This document shows positions 58,988 to 64,000 of a DNA stretch of 64,000 bases, piece by piece. The notes below the pieces were generated by a model, which was given only the letters and a program-made list of their open reading frames with translations, did no database searches and was not told where the DNA came from. The DNA lies in NCBI GenBank assembly GCA_005882275.1, contig VBAK01000108.1, positions 3,317 to 67,316 of the forward strand, read 5' to 3'. The DNA comes from Candidatus Segetimicrobium genomatis. Lineage in GTDB: Bacteria; Sysuimicrobiota; Sysuimicrobiia; Sysuimicrobiales; Segetimicrobiaceae. The stretch's first letter is position 1. Each line of letters begins with the position of its first letter. The position numbers were made by a program, and so were the translations under genes.

Positions 58988-61231
58988 TTGAACGTGCGCC
59001 TTCACCTGGGCATCCGCGGCAAGATCGCCGCAGTCATCCTGATCTGCATGATTCCGGTCCTCATCCTGGGGGGCCTGCTGTTCCAGTCGCGGAACCAGGG
59101 ACGGCTGGAGATCGTGCAGCGCGGCCACCGGGACCTGGCGCGGGCCATGGCCGCCGATGTCCAGATGTTCCTCGCCGGCGCGGTCGAGGCCGAGCGCACC
59201 GCCGGCGCGGCCGTGACGAGCCAGCCCTACCCGGTCTCGGGGATCATCCAGCTGTTCACCGCCATCCGGGCGAAGAATCCCTCCTTCCTCTCGCTGATGC
59301 TGATCGATGCCGCCGGCACCGAAGTCGCCGCCAGCCCTCCGCAGCCGTTTACCCTGAACCTTGCGGACAATCCCGCGGTGGGCCCGGTGCGGAACGGGAA
59401 GGAGTGGGCGGCCGGGCCCCCGGACTGGGTCGGCGGCCACCCCACCCTCGAGGTGGCGACCGCGATCCGCGATAAGGAGAAGCTCGCCGCGGTGGTGCTC
59501 GGCCGGCTCGACCTCGGGGGGCTTCGAACGGTGCTGCCGCGCGGGCTCGGGCGCGCCGCCGACGGCATCATCGTCGACACCACCGGCCGGCTGATCATCG
59601 ATATCCGCCAGCCCGCGCGGGCCCCGGAGGCGCTGAAGGGGCTGAGCGCGGTCCGGACGGCGCTGGCCGGCCTCGAAGCCACGATCGAGGGATACAGCGA
59701 CGGCCGCACCGGGTATCTGGGGGCCGCCGCCCCCGTCGCCGGATTGGGATGGGCGGCCATCGTGGTGGAGCCGGAATCGTCGGCGCTCGAATCCGCCCGC
59801 CGGGCGGCCGCCCAGGAGATGATCACGGTGCTGACCGCCGTCGGGGTGGGCCTGTTTTTGGCCTGGGTCCTCGGCGCCGAGCTGAGCGCCCCGATCCTCG
59901 CCCTGGTCCGCGGGGCGCGGGCGCTCGGGAGGGGCAACCTGGGCACGCGGGTGGCCCTGCGCCGCAGCGACGAACTGGGGGAGTTGGGGAACGCGTTCAA
60001 CGAGATGAGCGAGCGCCTGTCGCGCTACGTCACCGAGATGAACGCGCTGCAGGCGGTCAGCGACGCCGCCCTTTCCACCGTTCGCCTGGGTGAGCTGCTC
60101 CCGCCGCTCGTCCAGCGGGTGGGCGCGGCCCTCCACGCCGATGCGGGGTTGATTTGGTTCGTCGAGGAAGGCACCGGCGATCTGGTGGTGCCGGCCGGGT
60201 TCAACGGCGCGCTGGCGGCCAAAGGCCGGCGCCTCCGGCGGGGACAGGGCGTGGCGGGCCGTGTGGCGCACGATACCCGGCCGCTCGTCGTGTCGGATCC
60301 GGCCCGGCTCGGAACGCTGGATCCCGCCCTCCGGCGGGAAGGCGCCTATTCGACCATGGCCGTCCCCCTGCGTGTCGGCGGGCGGGTGATCGGGGTCGTC
60401 CAGGTCCTCTCCCAGCGCCCGCGCGAGTTCACGCCGCACGAGGTTCGTCTCCTGGAGACCTTCGCCGACCGCGTCGCGCTGGCGGTCGACAACGCCAGGG
60501 CGTACGAGCGAGAGCGCGAGATCGCCGGGATCATTCAACAGACGCTCCTGCCGCCTCGGCGCGTCGAACTGCCGGGCCTCGCGGTCGCGGGACGGTACCT
60601 GCCGAGCCGGGAGGTGGGGGGAGATTTCTACGCCGTCCTGCCGCTCGAGCACGGCCAGGTCGGCCTGGCGATCGCGGATGTGTCCGGGAAGGGCATCCCG
60701 GCGGCGACCTTGTCCGCCCGAGCGCGCTACCTCCTGGAGGCGTTCTCCCAGGACGGGCGGCGGCCCGAGGTCGTGCTCAGCCGGCTCAATCACGCGCTGG
60801 CGGCGGACGCCGAGTCCAAGTTTGTCAGCCTGTTCTACGGAATCCTGAGCCCGCGGGACGGGACGCTCCTGTTCGCCAGCGCCGGCCATCTCCCGCCGCT
60901 GATCGTGCGGGCGCCGGAGGGCGCGCCGCGCCTCCTCGAGGCGTCCGGTCTGCTGCTGGGCGTGGAACCCGGGACGACCTACACGATGGCGGAGACCCGC
61001 ATCGGCCCCGGGGATCTGCTGGTGCTCTTCACGGACGGGATCACCGAAGCGCGGAACGCCGCGGGAGAGCAGTTCGGGGAGCAGCGGATCTCCGCGCTGC
61101 TGGCCACCTTGCGGGACGCGCCGCTCGACGAGGTGGCCGACCGGGTGATGGACGCGGTCGCGTCGTGGAGCGGAAACGGCCCCGCCGACGACCAGACGGT
61201 GGTCGCGGCCCGCATCACGTCACTGCTGTAG
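58988..61231 (+). CDS. Sensor PP2C (SpoIIE/RsbU-type) serine phosphatase: TM-periplasmic sensor-TM-HAMP-GAF-PP2C
   Basis: HAMP (LGELGNAFNEMSERL), GAF (VAGRVAHDTRPLVV...), PP2C (GGDFYAV, IADVSGKGIPAA, FTDGITEA, DDQTVV). Confidence 0.88.
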   Translation: MNVRLHLGIRGKIAAVILICMIPVLILGGLLFQSRNQGRLEIVQRGHRDLARAMAADVQMFLAGAVEAERTAGAAVTSQPYPVSGIIQLFTAIRAKNPSFLSLMLIDAAGTEVAASPPQPFTLNLADNPAVGPVRNGKEWAAGPPDWVGGHPTLEVATAIRDKEKLAAVVLGRLDLGGLRTVLPRGLGRAADGIIVDTTGRLIIDIRQPARAPEALKGLSAVRTALAGLEATIEGYSDGRTGYLGAAAPVAGLGWAAIVVEPESSALESARRAAAQEMITVLTAVGVGLFLAWVLGAELSAPILALVRGARALGRGNLGTRVALRRSDELGELGNAFNEMSERLSRYVTEMNALQAVSDAALSTVRLGELLPPLVQRVGAALHADAGLIWFVEEGTGDLVVPAGFNGALAAKGRRLRRGQGVAGRVAHDTRPLVVSDPARLGTLDPALRREGAYSTMAVPLRVGGRVIGVVQVLSQRPREFTPHEVRLLETFADRVALAVDNARAYEREREIAGIIQQTLLPPRRVELPGLAVAGRYLPSREVGGDFYAVLPLEHGQVGLAIADVSGKGIPAATLSARARYLLEAFSQDGRRPEVVLSRLNHALAADAESKFVSLFYGILSPRDGTLLFASAGHLPPLIVRAPEGAPRLLEASGLLLGVEPGTTYTMAETRIGPGDLLVLFTDGITEARNAAGEQFGEQRISALLATLRDAPLDEVADRVMDAVASWSGNGPADDQTVVAARITSLL

Positions 61232-62758
61232 CGCGGTCCCGCCGGCCTTGCTGTAGAGCACCACGACGATCCCATAGAATGGTTTCTGCTTCGCGGCAGG
61301 ATAGCGCTTGAGCAGCTGCGCGTGGACGGCCTGGCCGGCCCGGGATCCCTCCGGGGTCGACAGCTGGTCCCGGCCGAGGATCAGCCAGACCCGCGGGTAA
61401 CGGGCCGGGAGGCGATCGAGCAGGGCCTCGCCGGGATCGGCGGCGATGGGGATCCCCCGGGCGATCGCGGACACGTACGGCTGCTCCGGGAAGACCACCG
61501 CCGGAGCGGCCCCTCCCAGGCGATCGCGGTAGTAATCGAACGGCTGGCGGTCATACGGGGGATAGAAGAGCAACGCGTCGCCCGGACGTCCCTGCGAGAT
61601 GACGAACCGGGTCGCGCCCCTCCAGTCCTCTTTCGGGAAATAGACAAAGTACCCGACCATTCCGTGGATGGCGAGCGCGCCGACCACCGCCACGGCTCCA
61701 AACGAGGCCCACCGAGGCCGGAGCGACGCCAGCCCGGTGGCCGCGAGCAGGCTGAGCGGCGGGAGGCAGACCACCAGATACCGCGCGCTCAGGATCGGCG
61801 TGATGAAGGAGACGCCGAGCGCCAGGACGATGGGCGTCACGAGCCAGGCGACGATGAGCCCGAACCGCCATGCCTCGACGGAGGCCTTGGCGGACGTCCG
61901 CGTTCTCCCGATCGCGGGCGCTGCGGCGAGGCACGCGAGCGCGTAGGCGACCAGCAGCCAGACCCCGCCGGCTCCCGTGATCGCCATGAGCGTGTAGTAG
62001 ACGCCGGGCAGGCTCGGCGCAGGCAGCGCGGGGACGCTCCGCACGGCGTCCCACGCGGCAATGACCAGGGGCAGCACCAGGGCCGCAATGCCGGCGAGGC
62101 CGGCGGCGAGGGCGCGCGCCGGGATGTCCCGGGCGCGCAGGCCCGCGAGGGAGACCAGGTGCGCCGCGATCACGAAGCCGGCAAAGAAATGGGTGTAGAA
62201 TGCCAGCGCCGCGGTCGCCGCGTACCCTGCCCAGAGGCCCCGCGAGGGCCGCTCGATCCCCTTGATGAACAGGAAGGTGGCGAGGGTCGTGAGGAAGATC
62301 AGGAGGCTGTAGCCGCGCGCCTCCTGAGCGTACCGGATGTCCAGGGCGTTGAGCGCGAGGAGGAGGGCGGCGAGCAGCCCGACCGCCGCCCCGGCCGTGC
62401 GCTTCCCGATGAGGTGCACGAGGGGTAGCGTCGCCACGGCCGGGAGGACCGACAGAGCCCTGAGGGCCGCCTCGCTCTCCCCCAGCCGCCGCCAGACGTG
62501 CAGGATCGCGTAATAGAGGCTCATGCCGGGTTCCCGGTGGGTGACGATCGCGAGGAAGGACCTCCAATCCAGCCTCGCGATCGCGAGGCTCGTGGCTTCG
62601 TCGAGCCAGAAGCTCTTCTCGCCGAGCGACAATACCCTGAGGAACGCCGCCAGGTAGACGATGCCGGCGATGAGCAGCAGCTCACGGTGCATGGGGGTGA
62701 CGGCGCTCGCCCGCCGCGGCACCGCCGGATGGGTTACCGCCATCGCTCCCACCGCCAA
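61220..62758 (-). CDS. GT39/ArnT-like membrane glycosyltransferase (PMT_2-type)
   Basis: About 11 TM segments. N-terminal loop SFWLDEATSL (DE motif) and YYAILHVW. C-terminal soluble domain. Start is ATG 62758 or ATG 62692. Its 3' end overlaps the phosphatase gene convergently by 12 nt. Confidence 0.8.
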   Translation of the reverse strand: MAVGAMAVTHPAVPRRASAVTPMHRELLLIAGIVYLAAFLRVLSLGEKSFWLDEATSLAIARLDWRSFLAIVTHREPGMSLYYAILHVWRRLGESEAALRALSVLPAVATLPLVHLIGKRTAGAAVGLLAALLLALNALDIRYAQEARGYSLLIFLTTLATFLFIKGIERPSRGLWAGYAATAALAFYTHFFAGFVIAAHLVSLAGLRARDIPARALAAGLAGIAALVLPLVIAAWDAVRSVPALPAPSLPGVYYTLMAITGAGGVWLLVAYALACLAAAPAIGRTRTSAKASVEAWRFGLIVAWLVTPIVLALGVSFITPILSARYLVVCLPPLSLLAATGLASLRPRWASFGAVAVVGALAIHGMVGYFVYFPKEDWRGATRFVISQGRPGDALLFYPPYDRQPFDYYRDRLGGAAPAVVFPEQPYVSAIARGIPIAADPGEALLDRLPARYPRVWLILGRDQLSTPEGSRAGQAVHAQLLKRYPAAKQKPFYGIVVVLYSKAGGTALQQ

Positions 62759-62903
62759 GACGCCATAGGACCCGGGTCACCCTCCTTGTGGCAAGCCGCC
62801 GAGTGCAGGTGACGGTTCGTTAATGCCCCGCCGGGTCCCCCCGGAGACGGCGGGTCCACGATCGGCGCCCCATGCCCCCGCAGGCCCCCGCGTGCGCCTT
62901 CGA

Positions 62904-62932
62904 TTGACGCTCCAAAACGCCTATGCTATACT
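62904..62932 (+). promoter_or_regulatory. Candidate promoter for infC-rpmI-rplT (TTGACG-17-TGcTATACT)
   Basis: Near-consensus -35 at 62904-62909, 17-nt spacer, extended -10 at 62924-62932. Confidence 0.6.
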
Positions 62933-63036
62933 CAGTGCCGCTCAAGTAGAAGCCATCTGCTTCTCACCCGGCGGCGCCGGCGCTCGTACCGTCCGCGCGG
63001 CTGCCAGCCGGGTTACGGCTCGGAAACGATCCGGAG

Positions 63037-63065
63037 GGGATGGCGTCTGCGCCATCCCTTCGTTG
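63037..63065 (+). terminator. Terminator-like hairpin in the infC leader (possible L20-responsive attenuator)
   Basis: GGGATGGCG-tctg-CGCCATCCC (9 bp, 63037-63058) followed by TTCGTTG. It lies between the promoter and the AAAGGAGG SD at 63072-63079. Confidence 0.4.
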
Positions 63066-63090
63066 CATCAAAAAGGAGGCCAGGAAGTCT

Positions 63091-63603
63091 ATCGACCGCG
63101 GACCACGCATCAACGACCGGATCCGGGCCCGTGAGGTCCGGCTGATCGGAGGCAAGGGGGAGCAGCTCGGCGTGATGCCGGTTGCGGAGGCCCTCGCCAA
63201 AGCGGAGGAGGCCAACCTGGACCTTGTCGAGGTGGCCCCGACCGCGAATCCGCCGGTGTGCCGCATCGTCGACTTCGGAAAGTACAAGTACGAGCAGGCC
63301 AAGAAGGAGCGCGAGGCGCACAAGAAATCCAAGACGTCCGACCTCAAGGGCATGCGGCTCAGCCCGAAGATCGGCATCCACGATTTGCAGGTCAAGATCC
63401 GCGCCGTCAGCGGATTTCTGAAGAGCGGGGACAAGGTGCGGGTGTCGATGTGGTTCCGGGGCCGGGAGATGGCGCACCCGCAGGTGGGCGAGCAGATTCT
63501 GCGCCGCATGGCCCAGGATCTCGCCGACGTGGCGGTCGTCGAGCGGGTCCCGTTGATGGAAGGCCGGAACATGATCATGATCCTCGCTCCGAAGAAGAAC
63601 TGA
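63091..63603 (+). CDS. infC: Translation initiation factor IF-3 (probable non-canonical ATC start)
   Basis: INDRIRAREVRLIG, NLDLVEVAP.ANPPVCRIVDFGKYKYE, FRGREMAHPQ.G, MIMILAPK. The ORF-track start ATG 63040 sits inside the leader hairpin and upstream of the SD. In-frame ATC 63091 follows the SD by 11 nt. Confidence 0.9.
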   Translation: MDRGPRINDRIRAREVRLIGGKGEQLGVMPVAEALAKAEEANLDLVEVAPTANPPVCRIVDFGKYKYEQAKKEREAHKKSKTSDLKGMRLSPKIGIHDLQVKIRAVSGFLKSGDKVRVSMWFRGREMAHPQVGEQILRRMAQDLADVAVVERVPLMEGRNMIMILAPKKN

Positions 63604-63638
63604 GGGCGGATCAGGCGGAGAAAAGGTAGGGCGAGGGC

Positions 63639-63836
63639 ATGGGGAAGCTGAAAACGCACCAGGGGTCGGCAAAGCGCATTCGGGTCACAGGGCGCAAGCG
63701 GCTGCTGCGCGGACGCCAGCTAGGAGGGCATCTGATGGTCCACAAGAGCGCCAAGCGGAAGCGCTCGCTGCGGCAGAATCCGGCCGTCGAGGCCGTGGAT
63801 ATCGCCCGGATCGGGCGCCTCCTTCCGTACCGATAA
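63639..63836 (+). CDS. rpmI: 50S ribosomal protein L35
   Basis: MGKLKTHQGSAKRIRVTG..., 65 aa, basic. Confidence 0.93.
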   Translation: MGKLKTHQGSAKRIRVTGRKRLLRGRQLGGHLMVHKSAKRKRSLRQNPAVEAVDIARIGRLLPYR

Positions 63837-63874
63837 TGCGCGCCGGGCTCCGCGGCGTTTGGGAGTGATCGTCC

Positions 63875-64000
63875 ATGACACGCGTCAAACGGGGAGTGGT
63901 CGTTCGGCGGCGGCACCACAAGGTGCTGAAGCTGGCGAAGGGATACTGGGGCAAGAAGAGCCGCTGGTTCAAGCTGGCCAACCAGACGGTGAAGCGGGCG
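63875..64000 (+). CDS. rplT: 50S ribosomal protein L20, N-terminal part (3' end beyond the window)
   Basis: [49 protein letters not shown] 9 nt upstream. Absent from the ORF track because there is no stop codon in the window. Confidence 0.9.
   Translation, partial: MTRVKRGVVVRRRHHKVLKLAKGYWGKKSRWFKLANQTVKRA

Noticed and set aside
63040-63090. ATG 63040 as the infC start (as in the six-frame ORF)
   Set aside because: The ATG is buried in the 9-bp leader hairpin and lies upstream of the only Shine-Dalgarno sequence. The added residues MASAPSLRCIKKEARKS have no counterpart in IF3 N-termini I know. This cannot be excluded without experimental data.

Overview
About 70% GC bacterial chromosomal segment, almost entirely coding and almost entirely on the + strand; only three genes are on the - strand. 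The backbone is a housekeeping gene order very close to Bacillus/Firmicutes. It runs smc-ftsY-ylxM-(methyltransferase)-ffh-rpsP-KH(ylqC)-ylqD-rimM-trmD-rplS-lepB-rnhB-yraN, then comM-comFC-dprA-topA-hslV-hslU-rpsB-tsf-pyrH-frr-uppS-cdsA-dxr-rseP-ispG-rhomboid, and ends with infC-rpmI-rplT (rplT is cut by the window edge). By inference this fits a high-GC Bacillota-like lineage. Three blocks interrupt the backbone. (i) A metabolic block at 15.4-25.2 kb holds DinB, HAD, a zinc-ribbon/TIM-barrel fusion, two paralogous M24 peptidase/creatinase-like genes, an isochorismatase-family amidase and an oligopeptide-type ABC importer with no ATPase genes. (ii) 42.4-43.6 kb holds an archaeal-type S-adenosylmethionine synthetase. 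(iii) 43.8-55.0 kb holds an eight-gene, translationally coupled operon of unknown function: FmdB zinc ribbon, three membrane proteins, MoxR AAA+, DUF58 and two vWA proteins. After that come a LarA-like/Sir2/MTAP group, a STAS plus PP2C(HAMP-GAF) partner-switching pair and a GT39-like membrane glycosyltransferase. I found no rRNA, tRNA, transposase, integrase, phage, cas or recognisable defence genes. The feature least explained by the annotation is a dispersed family of 51-bp units, each a 36-nt conserved core plus a 15-nt variable segment. It occurs at three loci: 2.4 tandem copies upstream of the SAM synthetase, 4 perfect in-frame copies inside the 5' end of the DUF58 gene, and 1 inverted solitary copy upstream of the STAS gene. 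Many very long ORFs in the six-frame track are stop-poor artefacts of the high GC content and are rejected. All functional calls rest on motifs I recognise in the translations; no database search was run.
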